A DNA stretch of 64,000 bases from an uncultured Candidatus Saccharibacteria bacterium (GCA_964566795.1 CAZMIU010000001.1:479090-543089); one strand, 5' to 3'; shown: positions 1-8,670, counted from the stretch's first letter. The notes: a model not told the origin generated them from the sequence alone. Numbers and translations are program-made.

Positions 1-678
1 GTCTACCCTAGCGTAGAGCTCCCCCATGACTGGAAGAGCATAGGCAAAGAGGTGCAGCTCGAGGCAGCCGAGCCCGCGACCCAGGAGGAGGTCGAGAAGA
101 CCTTGGAGGATTTGCGCCAGAGCAGAAGGGCACCTTCTGCAGAGGGTGCAGAAGGTGCCCTTCCGGATATAAACGATGAGTTTGCCAAGAGCCTAGGCGC
201 ATTTGAGAACGTAGCTTCACTGCGCGAGCAGATCTCCAAGGGCATTGGCGATGAGAAGGCCAGGCAGGCACGCGACAAGCGCCGCAGCAAGATAATCGAG
301 GCTCTGCTTGAGAAGTCGGCTCTCGAGGTCCCTCCCATATTTATCGAAAGCGAGCTGCAGAAGATCATGGCACAAATGAGCGAGGATATCGGCCGCCTGG
401 GCATGAGCATGGACGACTACCTTAAGCGCATGCAAAAGACCGAGGACGATATTAAAAACGAGTTCCGCGACCAGGCACGCAAGCGCGCCAAGCTCCAGCT
501 CTTGTTAAACAAAATTGCCGAGGAGGAAAAGGTGGTCGCGAGTGAGGAGGCCGTGGAGGGCGAGATTAAGCACGCGCTCGAGCACTTCCCCGATGCCAAG
601 CCCGACCTGGTGCGCATCCACATAGAGACGGTCCTGCGCAACGAGCAGGTGCTCAAACTGCTCGAAGAAAGCAAGTAA
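1..678 (+). CDS. tig: Trigger factor, 5'-truncated by the window edge; lacks the FKBP domain
   Basis: Frame 1 is open from base 1 (VYPSVELP...). C-domain motifs LPDINDEFAKSLG, IIEALLEK, EVPPIFIESE; upstream of clpP. Confidence 0.93.
   Translation, partial: VYPSVELPHDWKSIGKEVQLEAAEPATQEEVEKTLEDLRQSRRAPSAEGAEGALPDINDEFAKSLGAFENVASLREQISKGIGDEKARQARDKRRSKIIEALLEKSALEVPPIFIESELQKIMAQMSEDIGRLGMSMDDYLKRMQKTEDDIKNEFRDQARKRAKLQLLLNKIAEEEKVVASEEAVEGEIKHALEHFPDAKPDLVRIHIETVLRNEQVLKLLEESK
125..163. repeat. In-frame palindromic element, copy 1
   Basis: GAAGGGCACCTTCTGCA-gaggg-TGCAGAAGGTGCCCTTC, perfect 17-bp arms; same arms at 25749-25788. Confidence 0.9.
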
Positions 679-771
679 AGCACATCGCGCCCACAAGGCG
701 CGATTTTGCAAAAGAAAAGGACCCAGATGCCGTGAGGCAGAGCTGGATCCTTAAAAGCGCCCGAAGGTGCT

Positions 772-939
772 TTACGAACGTCTTATCGTAGGCACTCCCC
801 ACTTGTTGATGGCGGCCAAAGCCACCAATCCCCAACCCAGCGCCACAATAGTGACAACTGGTAACGTTACCGGCGCGTACGAAAGCGCGGCGGCGAACGA
901 GATGAAGAGTGCAAGGATCAGCGACAAGATGAACATCAT
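772..939 (-). CDS. Small membrane protein (55 aa)
   Basis: MMFILSLILALFISF...; AGGAGG SD 5 nt before ATG; two hydrophobic stretches. Confidence 0.6.
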   Translation of the reverse strand: MMFILSLILALFISFAAALSYAPVTLPVVTIVALGWGLVALAAINKWGVPTIRRS

Positions 940-1095
940 GGTAACCTCCTGTGAGTTCTCGCGATAACCCTCGCGAAACGGGAAAGAACAATCTCTTGCT
1001 CTTTTTTTGAGTGGAGATGCAAGTGAGAGAACCACTTGCCCTGTGGTGCTAGTATGACGCTTGAAAGTTGAGCCGTCAACGGGTATGCTGTGCGC

Positions 1096-1725
1096 ATGCA
1101 AAACCCTATCCACAACCAGCTGGTGCCCATGGTGGTAGAGAAGACGCCGTACGGCGAGCGTGCCTTTGATATCTTTAGCCGCCTGCTTAAGGAGCGCATT
1201 ATCTTTTTGACCGGCCCCGTAGAGGACCACATGGCCAACCTCATCATTGCGCAGATGCTCTTTTTGGAGAGCGAGGATCCTAAGAAGGATATCTATCTCT
1301 ATATCAACTCCCCTGGCGGCTCTGTCTCGGCCGGGCTCGCAATCCTCGACACCATGAACCACGTTAAGCCCGACGTGGCTACCGTGTGTGTGGGCATGGC
1401 AGCCTCTGCAGCGGCAGTTATCCTCGCGGCTGGAGAGAAGGGCAAGCGCTTTGCGCTCCCTAACTCCGAGGTGATGATCCACCAGCCATGGGGCGGCGCG
1501 CAGGGCCAGGCTACCGACATCGAGATTACAGCCAAGCACATTTTGGCCACCCGCGACCGCCTCAACAAGATACTCTCCAAGGCTACCGGCCAGTCGCTTG
1601 AAAGAATAGAGAAGGACGTAGACCGGGACTACTTTATGATGGCCGACGAAGCCAAAAAGTATGGCCTCATAGACGCCATCTTTACCCAAAAAGGCCTGGG
1701 CACCCCCACCGCCAGCAAGAAATAG
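1096..1725 (+). CDS. clpP: ATP-dependent Clp protease proteolytic subunit
   Basis: [35 protein letters not shown] motifs. Confidence 0.98.
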   Translation: MQNPIHNQLVPMVVEKTPYGERAFDIFSRLLKERIIFLTGPVEDHMANLIIAQMLFLESEDPKKDIYLYINSPGGSVSAGLAILDTMNHVKPDVATVCVGMAASAAAVILAAGEKGKRFALPNSEVMIHQPWGGAQGQATDIEITAKHILATRDRLNKILSKATGQSLERIEKDVDRDYFMMADEAKKYGLIDAIFTQKGLGTPTASKK

Positions 1726-1730
1726 CCCCT

Positions 1731-1757
1731 AAACCCCGCCCCTTGGGCGGGGTTTTT
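1731..1757 (+). terminator. Intrinsic terminator
   Basis: AAACCCCGCC/GGCGGGGTTT stem followed by a T-run after clpP. Confidence 0.75.
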
Positions 1758-1832
1758 GGTTGCGTTGCGGCCTTTTGCGTACATGCTATTCTGAGGCTGT
1801 GCATTTCACTACAAAATTCATGAACGCTTTCT

Positions 1833-3362
1833 ATGTCATTAAAACTACTGTTTACCCTCCTGGCTCTCGCGGCCTTAGGGGGAGCCGTGCTGGGCTTTGT
1901 CCTGCGCTGGCTCTTGGTGCTCGCTCGTAAAGGCTCAATAGAAATAGAGGTAAAGCAAATTCTCCTAGACGCAAACGTACAGGCCCAAAAGATAACCGAA
2001 GAGGCCGACACCAAAGCCAAGGAGGTGGTAGCCGCTGCCGAGGCAACCCTAGCCGAGAAGGAGGAGAAGGTAACCCGCGCGGAGGAGCGTGTCTTTAAAC
2101 GTGAAGAGGCTCTGGACAAAAGCCGAGCCGAGCTCGAGGCAGAGGTTGCCGCTGTTAAGGCAAAGATAGAGGACGTACGCGCCATTAAGGAGCGCGCCGA
2201 AGCTCTTTTGGCCGAGCGCCAGGGCGAGCTGTCTAAGGTTGCCGGGCTTACCGCCGAGGAGGCCAGACAGCAGCTTATGGCCGAGGTAGAGCGCGCATCT
2301 GCAGAGGACCTTATGATGCGTGCAGCCAAGCTAGACCGCGACGGCCACGAGAGGCTCGAGCGCAAAGCGCGCGACATTTTGACCACCGCCATACACCGCC
2401 TGGGCAACTCTGTGGCCTCCGACACGATGGCCACTGCCATCACGATCCCCAACGACGAGCTCAAGGGCAAAATTATCGGCAAAGAGGGCCGCAACATTAA
2501 GGCGTTCGAGCGCGCCACTGGGGTTGAGGTAATCATCGACGACACACCGGGTTCTATCGTGCTCTCAAGCTACGACCCGCTGCGCCGCGCTATTGCGCGC
2601 ATGGCGCTGGAGAACCTTATTGTCGATGGTCGCATCCAGCCTGCCAAGATTGAGGAGACCGTGGAGAAGGCGCGCAACGACGTTAACAAAATTATTAAGG
2701 AGAAGGCCGACGCAGCCGCATTTGAGGCCGGCGTACTTAATCTCGACCCTAAGCTCCTCATGATATTGGGCCGCCTCCACTTCCGCACCAGCTACGGGCA
2801 GTCCGTGCTGCAGCACTCGGTTGAGATGGCGCATATTGCCGGCATGCTCGCAGAGGAGCTTGGGGCGAATCCTCAGGTGGCGCGCGCGGGTGCGCTTTTG
2901 CACGACATTGGCAAGGCCCTAGACCACGAGGTGCAGGGCACACATGTAGAAATTGGCCGCAGGGTACTGCAGAAGTTTGGCGTGCACGAGGATGTTATTA
3001 AGGCCATGCAGGCCCACCACGAGGAGTACCCGTACGAGACGCTTGAGAGCTACATCGTGCAGGTGGCCGACGCCATATCGGGTGGCCGCCCCGGTGCGCG
3101 CCGCGACTCTGTGGAGCAGTACATCAAGCGCCTCCAGGACATCGAGGGCATTGCCAACTCCTTCCCCGGTGTCGAGAAGTCGTTTGCTATATCGGCCGGC
3201 CGCGAGGTGCGGGTGTTTGTAAAGCCCGATGAGATGAGCGACTTCCAGGCGCGCGAGCTTGCCCGCAACGTGGCACTGCGTATTGAGAACGAGCTTAAGT
3301 ACCCGGGCGAGATAAAAGTAAACGTCATCCGCGAAACCCGCGCAATCGAGTTTGCCCGGTAA
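1833..3362 (+). CDS. rny: Ribonuclease Y
   Basis: N-terminal TM and coiled coil, KH (KGKIIGKEGRNI), HD (LLHDIGKA), ADAISGGRPGAR. Confidence 0.98.
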   Translation: MSLKLLFTLLALAALGGAVLGFVLRWLLVLARKGSIEIEVKQILLDANVQAQKITEEADTKAKEVVAAAEATLAEKEEKVTRAEERVFKREEALDKSRAELEAEVAAVKAKIEDVRAIKERAEALLAERQGELSKVAGLTAEEARQQLMAEVERASAEDLMMRAAKLDRDGHERLERKARDILTTAIHRLGNSVASDTMATAITIPNDELKGKIIGKEGRNIKAFERATGVEVIIDDTPGSIVLSSYDPLRRAIARMALENLIVDGRIQPAKIEETVEKARNDVNKIIKEKADAAAFEAGVLNLDPKLLMILGRLHFRTSYGQSVLQHSVEMAHIAGMLAEELGANPQVARAGALLHDIGKALDHEVQGTHVEIGRRVLQKFGVHEDVIKAMQAHHEEYPYETLESYIVQVADAISGGRPGARRDSVEQYIKRLQDIEGIANSFPGVEKSFAISAGREVRVFVKPDEMSDFQARELARNVALRIENELKYPGEIKVNVIRETRAIEFAR

Positions 3363-3375
3363 AATTGTGAAAAGA

Positions 3376-3406
3376 AAAAACCGCCGCGAAACCTCGCGGC
3401 GGTTTT
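3376..3406. terminator. Bidirectional terminator
   Basis: AAAACCGCCGCGA/TCGCGGCGGTTTT stem between convergent genes. Confidence 0.8.
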
Positions 3407-3418
3407 GTTATGCGAGTA

Positions 3419-3526
3419 TCATGTAAACACCCTACCCAGCAATCTGACGTACCCCCTCCCCCATCGCGTATACCGAAAGAACAGAAACGCTGCAGCAAAA
3501 CCATAAGCGATTGCAAAATATTCCAT
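3419..3526 (-). CDS. Putative 35-aa peptide (hydrophobic then basic)
   Basis: MEYFAIAYGFAAAFLFFRYTRWGRGYVRLLGRVFT*, GGGAG SD upstream; third unit of the array. Confidence 0.5.
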   Translation of the reverse strand: MEYFAIAYGFAAAFLFFRYTRWGRGYVRLLGRVFT

Positions 3527-3540
3527 CTGTCACTCCCACT

Positions 3541-3620
3541 GTTGATGTACGTCTCGATGAGAATTCGATTTGAATCAAATTCTCAATAGAGGGGAGGAAT
3601 TGCTTCCTCCCGAGTTTTTA
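3541..3620 (-). repeat. Intergenic double-hairpin repeat, copy A
   Basis: Minus strand: TAAAAACTC-GGGAGGAA gcaa TTCCTCCC-CTCTAT-TGAGAATTTGAT tcaa ATCGAATTCTCA-...GTACATCAAC. Confidence 0.85.
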
Positions 3621-4037
3621 CTCCCCCTCCTTTACTGCAATCAGAGTAAGGTTTGGATTGTCGCGCTGAAACTCTGCAGCTTCTTGCAGAGAGTTAAACG
3701 GGCCGAATCTCGCCGCGTAGAGGCGCACGCTAGAGAAATCCCCTTTGTCATGCACCCAGCCAAGCCAGTATTTAGAGAAGTGCTTAGCTTCATACTCCCT
3801 GCCCGCTTGGAATGCCTTGCCCATCATCCTCTCCAACAACGGAGACCTGGAGTCTGGCCCCGTGTAGACATCCATACTGAGCGCAGCAAAGAGTAGATTT
3901 GTTATATCTTCGTCCCACTGGTCAAGATACGGGCCGAAATCCTCCGACGCCAGGATTAGATTGACGTCATTCTCCTCCACCTCCTCGTCCCGTTCTGGTA
4001 GCACGCAACAGTGATCGAAGTAATAGTAGAACCACAT
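3618..4037 (-). CDS. Hypothetical acidic protein (139 aa)
   Basis: AGGAGGGG SD before ATG; no family recognised. Confidence 0.7.
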   Translation of the reverse strand: MWFYYYFDHCCVLPERDEEVEENDVNLILASEDFGPYLDQWDEDITNLLFAALSMDVYTGPDSRSPLLERMMGKAFQAGREYEAKHFSKYWLGWVHDKGDFSSVRLYAARFGPFNSLQEAAEFQRDNPNLTLIAVKEGE

Positions 4038-4053
4038 AGCCCCCTCCTATTTG

Positions 4054-4138
4054 TGTGAATGTACTTCTAAATGAAAATCCGAAAGCGTTTCAGATTCTCA
4101 ATAGAGAGGAGAAGCGCGTGCGCTTCTCCAAAGTTTTA
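4054..4138 (-). repeat. Intergenic double-hairpin repeat, copy B
   Basis: Minus strand: TAAAACTTT-GGAGAAGCG cacg CGCTTCTCC-TCTCTAT-TGAGAATCTGAAA cgc TTTCGGATTTTCA-...GTACATTCAC. Confidence 0.85.
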
Positions 4139-4477
4139 GTCGTCCCTACAGTCATCCCTCCAGTCGTCCTCGAAGAGCTCATCGAGCTCGCCAGGATCGG
4201 GATTGGGGTCGTGGTCGTCGGGGTCGTCTTCCACGAAAGGCCAATCAGGATGTGCGTAGCGCAGTTTCTCTCCGTTTGGAAAGAATTCGCGCTGCGCCTC
4301 TCCGAGCTGGCGGTTCAGTTCCCTGACCAGGGGGTTGGACGGTACCTCATGGTCATAGAATTTGGACTCTATGTCATCCATAAGGAATACGACACTCGTA
4401 ATGAAGTCGTCCTCGGTTGTGCTAGCAATCGCCACCCATTTAAGGATGAGATAGGCGTAGCGGTCGTAGTCAATCAT
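4136..4477 (-). CDS. Hypothetical very acidic protein (113 aa)
   Basis: AGGAGGGG SD; Asp-rich C-terminus. Confidence 0.7.
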   Translation of the reverse strand: MIDYDRYAYLILKWVAIASTTEDDFITSVVFLMDDIESKFYDHEVPSNPLVRELNRQLGEAQREFFPNGEKLRYAHPDWPFVEDDPDDHDPNPDPGELDELFEDDWRDDCRDD

Positions 4478-4529
4478 GGTCCCCTCCTAGGGTTGGCCTG
4501 TGGGCCTTGTGGATGATCGTAACTGACAA

Positions 4530-4655
4530 CATTATGCCTTGTTTGGCAAGTCTAGTCAAAAACTAGGGTTACAAAAGACCAAAATACCCTTGTTTTACAA
4601 GCGTATTCTAAAGGTAGTCAAAATACTTGACCAAAAGGGGCGTTTGGCATATCCT
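4530..4655. promoter_or_regulatory. Divergent sigma70 promoters with a candidate operator
   Basis: Minus: TTGACT-17-CATAAT. Plus: TTGACC(4627)-17-TATCCT(4650). GTCAA-N5-TTGAC palindrome overlaps the plus -35. Confidence 0.7.
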
Positions 4656-4661
4656 GTAGCT

Positions 4662-5420
4662 ATGGAGCAACCCAACGCCGACCTGGCCAAAAACCTAGAG
4701 CAAATAGGCCTCTCCCCCAAGGAGGCCCAGGTCTACCTGGCTCTTTTGGGCCTTGAGAGCTCTACCGCCTACGAGATAGCCCAGCACTGTGAGGTTAAAA
4801 AGCCCACCGTATACGTAATTTTGGAGGATTTGCGCCAAAAAGGGCTTGTTTTAAAGGTCCCCCACCCCCGCAAGGCCATATTTGCCGCCCGGGACTTGGG
4901 CGAGTACCTGCTAGAGCAAAGAGGCAAGCTCAACGCCGTGCAGTCTATGATGCCGCGCCTTATGAGCTTGGGCGGCAAAAACAAGCCTAAAGTGTACTTT
5001 TACAGCGGGATGAGGGGCTTTACCGAGGCGATGAACTATAAGTTTGACTCTATGCGCGGCAAAACCTACTACTCGTTTTATGGCAACTCTAAGGACGCAG
5101 ACCGCCGGGTGGTAGAGCTTTTTAACCGCTGGACCCCAGAGGCGGTAGCCTCGGACATCTCCTTTAGGATAATTATGCCTAAGACGCAGGTTTTGACAGA
5201 CGACTACCCCGAGCTCCAGAGCTTAAACGAGACAAAAGACCATGTAGAGATAAAATACATGTCCGAGTACGAGCAGGAGAGCAATCTCTCTATAGAGATA
5301 GCCGAGACGTTTGTGCGTATAGACGACTCCAAGCATGTAACAGCGACAATAATAGACGACCTGGCCACGGCGCAGGCCATGCGGCATATCTTTGACATTG
5401 TCTGGCACAAGGGCGTATAG
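4662..5420 (+). CDS. TrmB family transcriptional regulator
   Basis: LEQIGLSPKEAQVYLALL...TAYEIA...KPTVYVILEDLRQKGLV winged HTH. Confidence 0.9.
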   Translation: MEQPNADLAKNLEQIGLSPKEAQVYLALLGLESSTAYEIAQHCEVKKPTVYVILEDLRQKGLVLKVPHPRKAIFAARDLGEYLLEQRGKLNAVQSMMPRLMSLGGKNKPKVYFYSGMRGFTEAMNYKFDSMRGKTYYSFYGNSKDADRRVVELFNRWTPEAVASDISFRIIMPKTQVLTDDYPELQSLNETKDHVEIKYMSEYEQESNLSIEIAETFVRIDDSKHVTATIIDDLATAQAMRHIFDIVWHKGV

Positions 5421-5455
5421 TGCCCGGCGAAGAGTTCTAGCTATAGGAGGGCCGC

Positions 5456-5839
5456 ATGGCCATATCTAAAGTCTTTGCCGTTTGCCTTGGCGATGCAGCT
5501 TCAATTAGCAAAGGGCAATTGCTCGAGGAGTATTTGAAGTACCACCCCCACTTCAGGTTGTGGTTTTTCAAGCCCGAGCCGGGCAAGCAGAATCTCGAGA
5601 ATATGGCTCTGCGCTTGGCCCGCATAGCCAAGGACGCCGACATACTTATCGCTGTGCAGGGATCGACGCACCCAATAGAAGGAGTGCCGGCCGACGAGGT
5701 GCATATGTACATCAAGGGCTATGAAAGGAGTCACTTTGTCGAGTTTTATCCGACGGAAGGGAGCAATCCTCCCCACAAGGAACTCGCAAAGGACCTCGCC
5801 TTGCTGTCGTTTGCACGGTTGCATATGCGCATGCAGTGA
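5456..5839 (+). CDS. Hypothetical protein
   Basis: 127-aa ORF with AGGAGG SD and a following hairpin/T-run. Confidence 0.65.
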   Translation: MAISKVFAVCLGDAASISKGQLLEEYLKYHPHFRLWFFKPEPGKQNLENMALRLARIAKDADILIAVQGSTHPIEGVPADEVHMYIKGYERSHFVEFYPTEGSNPPHKELAKDLALLSFARLHMRMQ

Positions 5840-5996
5840 CACGCTGAGCGCCGCCCGGTCTGGGCGGCGCTTTTTTTGACACTTTTTGATATTTTGTCTA
5901 TCCCCGGCCACTGTATTGCACCGTTTTATGAGGGGGGTATACTAGCGGCGCAGGGCAAACTTCCATTTATTAGCCTTACTTAAGCATATTCTAGGT

Positions 5997-6269
5997 ATGA
6001 ATAAGCAAGATATCGCGGAAAAAGTGCATGGTGTCCTTGGGACAACCAAGGCAGATGCCGAGCGCGCTGTCGAGACAATGATTGATGCAATCGTTGCCGA
6101 GCTCAAGCGCGGCGGCGAGGTCTCGGTAGCCGGTCTTGGTATCTTTAAGACCAAGATGCGCGCTGCCCGCCAGGCACGCAACCCGCGCACGGGTGCAACT
6201 GTGCAGGTACCCGCCATGCGCGTCCCCAAGTTCCAGCCTGCAAAGGCACTGAAGGAAGCAGTTAAGTAG
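5997..6269 (+). CDS. hup: DNA-binding protein HU
   Basis: MNKQDI...GLGIF...ARNPRTG...PKFQPAKALKEAV. Confidence 0.97.
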   Translation: MNKQDIAEKVHGVLGTTKADAERAVETMIDAIVAELKRGGEVSVAGLGIFKTKMRAARQARNPRTGATVQVPAMRVPKFQPAKALKEAVK

Positions 6270-6314
6270 TATCCTCTCGAAAGAAAAGGCCCCGAGCAAT
6301 CGGGGCTTTTTCTT

Positions 6315-7112
6315 TTACTTATTCATCTCACTCAGCGGGAGGCGGACCTCAAAGGAGCCGGCCGCGTAGGCTGCCACCTGGTAGGGCGGGATGAGTATAA
6401 GGAGGTCTCCGTCGTCGAGAGCAAAGTTCTTAAAGTTTTCCTCCTTGGCGGCCAAGCCCTCGGCAAATATAGAGCCCGTAACATCTGCGCCCTCGTCGCC
6501 TTCTGGCAATGAGGCGGCCAGCCGCTGTTTAAGTTGTGCAGTTATATCCTGCGACACCAATAGCGAGAGCTCCTCAAGCCAGTTGGGGTTTTTGCTTAGC
6601 ACATCACCCAGCGAGAGCTGCGTGCCATCCTGACCAAACGTATAGGTGAGGTAGAAGGTGTTGGGGTGCGCACCCAGCGTGTCTGCGTACACCTGATACA
6701 CATAGGAGATGGTGGAGGTAGAGGTATAGCGCCTGTACTCCATGTCGAGTGCGTACTTACGCTCGCCATTTAGCCCCTGTATCCGCGCGTCCTCTGCAGT
6801 AAGGAGGTCGAGATTGCTGTCGTTTTTAAACTTGGCGATCTCCCCCGCCAGCCCCTGTTCTATGGTGGTGCGCACGCGGGCGTCTGCCGCAGCCTCTAAC
6901 CCCGTGTTGGCCGGGTAGTCGGCCACGATGCGGTAGTAGGGCTTGTCCTCTGAGTATTGATAGTCACCATTGGTGCTCAGTGTGCCGCCCAAAATGTCGC
7001 TCTTGTCTCCTGCCACAGGCGTTGGCGCTGAGGTAAACGAGGCAATGCCGGCAAAAATAAGCCCGAGGACAATCAAAACACAGAGGACAGACAGTATTTG
7101 TTTGGTAGACAT
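6315..7112 (-). CDS. Membrane-anchored DUF3298/RsiV-like protein
   Basis: N-terminal TM; DTLGAHPN and PPYQVAAYAAG motifs. Confidence 0.75.
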   Translation of the reverse strand: MSTKQILSVLCVLIVLGLIFAGIASFTSAPTPVAGDKSDILGGTLSTNGDYQYSEDKPYYRIVADYPANTGLEAAADARVRTTIEQGLAGEIAKFKNDSNLDLLTAEDARIQGLNGERKYALDMEYRRYTSTSTISYVYQVYADTLGAHPNTFYLTYTFGQDGTQLSLGDVLSKNPNWLEELSLLVSQDITAQLKQRLAASLPEGDEGADVTGSIFAEGLAAKEENFKNFALDDGDLLILIPPYQVAAYAAGSFEVRLPLSEMNK

Positions 7113-7157
7113 GGGCGTAGTATACAATAATGAGGTTTTAAAGAGTAAAACCTACTA

Positions 7158-7228
7158 GCGGGACTAGTTTAATGGTAGAACATCAGTTTTCCAAACTGAG
7201 AGCGGGAGTTCGATTCTCCCGTCCCGCA
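7158..7228 (+). tRNA. tRNA-Gly(TCC)
   Basis: GCGGGAC/GTCCCGC acceptor stem, TCAGT-TT TCC AA-ACTGA, TTCGATT loop; no encoded CCA. Confidence 0.95.
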
Positions 7229-8101
7229 CTAGATAGCACTCCACCGGGCAAAGATGCCGGCGGGGAGTAGGCGCTCGCCCTGCTCCTCTGCTATTGCCAA
7301 GTCGCCGTACTCTATACGGCCGCCAAATTTTTTATTTATACTCTCGAGGTTATAGGCAAACGCCAGGGGCGAGTAGCCCGCAGCATAGCCGTTTACAAGC
7401 ACAAACAGCGGGCTGTCGCTCAAAAGCTGCTCGCACAGCCCCATAAGCTCTACAAAGTGCTCGTCAAACTTCCACAGCTCGCCATCTGGCCCGTGGCCAA
7501 AGGCAGGCGGGTCCATCACTATGGCGTCGTACCTGCTCCCACGCTTTATCTCGCGGCGCAAGTATACGAGCACATCCTCCACTATCCAGCGTATAGGGGC
7601 TCCCGCTAGCCCATTAGCCTCGGCATTCTCGCGTGCCCAGGCTACTGCAGTCTTAGAGGCATCTACATGGGTCACCTCGGCCCCCGCTTTGGCAACGGCC
7701 AAGGTGTAGCCGCCTGTATAGCCAAAGAGATTGAGCACTTTAGGGGCAGCCGCAAGGTTCGACCTTGCGGAAATTTGCCGCATAGCCCACTCCCAACCCG
7801 GTACATGCTCGGGGAATACGCCTACATGCTTAAAAGATGTGGGCTTCACTATCATCTTGAGCCCGCCAAGCTCTATCTGCCAGCCTTGAGGCATATTGCC
7901 TGTCCACTTTCCTTCCTCGCCCTGGCGAACATAGTAGCCATCGGCAGACGACCACTCGCCTTCCCTGCCCTTAGGCCATAGAGCCTGCGGGTCCGGCCGG
8001 GCGACCACCTGGTCGCCAAAGCGCTCGAGCTTAGCCTCGCCCCCAGAGTCTATAAGGGCGTACCCGCCCTGTGCCTTGGTAATTAAAGTTATTCTGTCCA
8101 T
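7229..8101 (-). CDS. Class I SAM-dependent (RlmI/RlmK-like) methyltransferase
   Basis: HVGVFPEH, VLNLFGYTGG, VTHVDAS, IVMDPPAF. Confidence 0.88.
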   Translation of the reverse strand: MDRITLITKAQGGYALIDSGGEAKLERFGDQVVARPDPQALWPKGREGEWSSADGYYVRQGEEGKWTGNMPQGWQIELGGLKMIVKPTSFKHVGVFPEHVPGWEWAMRQISARSNLAAAPKVLNLFGYTGGYTLAVAKAGAEVTHVDASKTAVAWARENAEANGLAGAPIRWIVEDVLVYLRREIKRGSRYDAIVMDPPAFGHGPDGELWKFDEHFVELMGLCEQLLSDSPLFVLVNGYAAGYSPLAFAYNLESINKKFGGRIEYGDLAIAEEQGERLLPAGIFARWSAI

Positions 8102-8108
8102 ACTCTTG

Positions 8109-8182
8109 TGGTCGGGGTGCCCAGAATCGAACTGGGCCATCTTGCTCCCAAAGCAAGCGTACTACCGATATACGACACCCCG
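8109..8182 (-). tRNA. tRNA-Pro(TGG)
   Basis: CGGGGTG/CACCCCG, CTTGC-TT TGG GA-GCAAG, encoded CCA. Confidence 0.95.
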
Positions 8183-8240
8183 TATAGTTATTTCTACTGT
8201 GTCCTTTATGTCCTTTATCAAGGACATCCTTGGAACACGC

Positions 8241-8648
8241 TTACAATATCATGTTTTCTAGGATTTCCACCCTAGCCCGACGGGTTATAAAGTCTAGATA
8301 TACACAGGCCACGTCTATCTGCCAGTCGGTCGTCTGGGCGACCTTATGGTCTATAAGATAGGTCTGTATAGCCCTATGGAGCCGCTTGAGCTTAGCCGGA
8401 TGGACGTTATCCTCTGGCCTATAGGCAGTTACACGTGAATCCCCTACCCCACTATCCCCTCTAGACGTATCACGTGAAACTGTCTTCACTTCCACAAAAT
8501 AAAGCTTTGACTCCTTTTTAGCCACAATATCTATCTCGCCCCAAGGTTTGAGGTAATTACGCTCAAGGACGCTAAATCCCCTGCCCTTTAGGTATTCACA
8601 GGCTACTTCCTCCCCCGTATCTCCTATAGTCCTCTTGGCTGTTTTCAT
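8241..8648 (-). CDS. yraN: YraN family nuclease
   Basis: GDTGEEVACEYL, RNY, GEIDIVAKK, FVEVKT. Confidence 0.92.
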   Translation of the reverse strand: MKTAKRTIGDTGEEVACEYLKGRGFSVLERNYLKPWGEIDIVAKKESKLYFVEVKTVSRDTSRGDSGVGDSRVTAYRPEDNVHPAKLKRLHRAIQTYLIDHKVAQTTDWQIDVACVYLDFITRRARVEILENMIL

Positions 8649-8670
8649 GTGAAATGTTTCATAAGAAACG
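8427..8670. promoter_or_regulatory. Cluster of degenerate parS-like sites
   Basis: AGTTACACGTGAATCC (8427), CGTATCACGTGAAACT (8466), GTTTTCATGTGAAATG (8641), TGTTTCATAAGAAACG (8655) versus consensus TGTTTCACGTGAAACA. Confidence 0.6.

Noticed and set aside
772-1689. 305-aa minus ORF and other long antisense ORFs (e.g. 15734-16882, 34675-35769, 58942-60153)
   Set aside because: Shadow frames of well-supported genes with no recognisable motifs; only the last 55 aa of 772-1689 was kept.
3541-4138. Repeats read as a CRISPR array or canonical integron attC sites
   Set aside because: Only two diverged copies separated by whole genes, no cas genes, no RYYYAAC/GTTRRRY ends, and no IntI nearby.
3570-4516. 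Plus-strand ORFs 3570-3896 and 4055-4516
   Set aside because: Antisense to ORFs that have strong SDs, a promoter and repeat punctuation.
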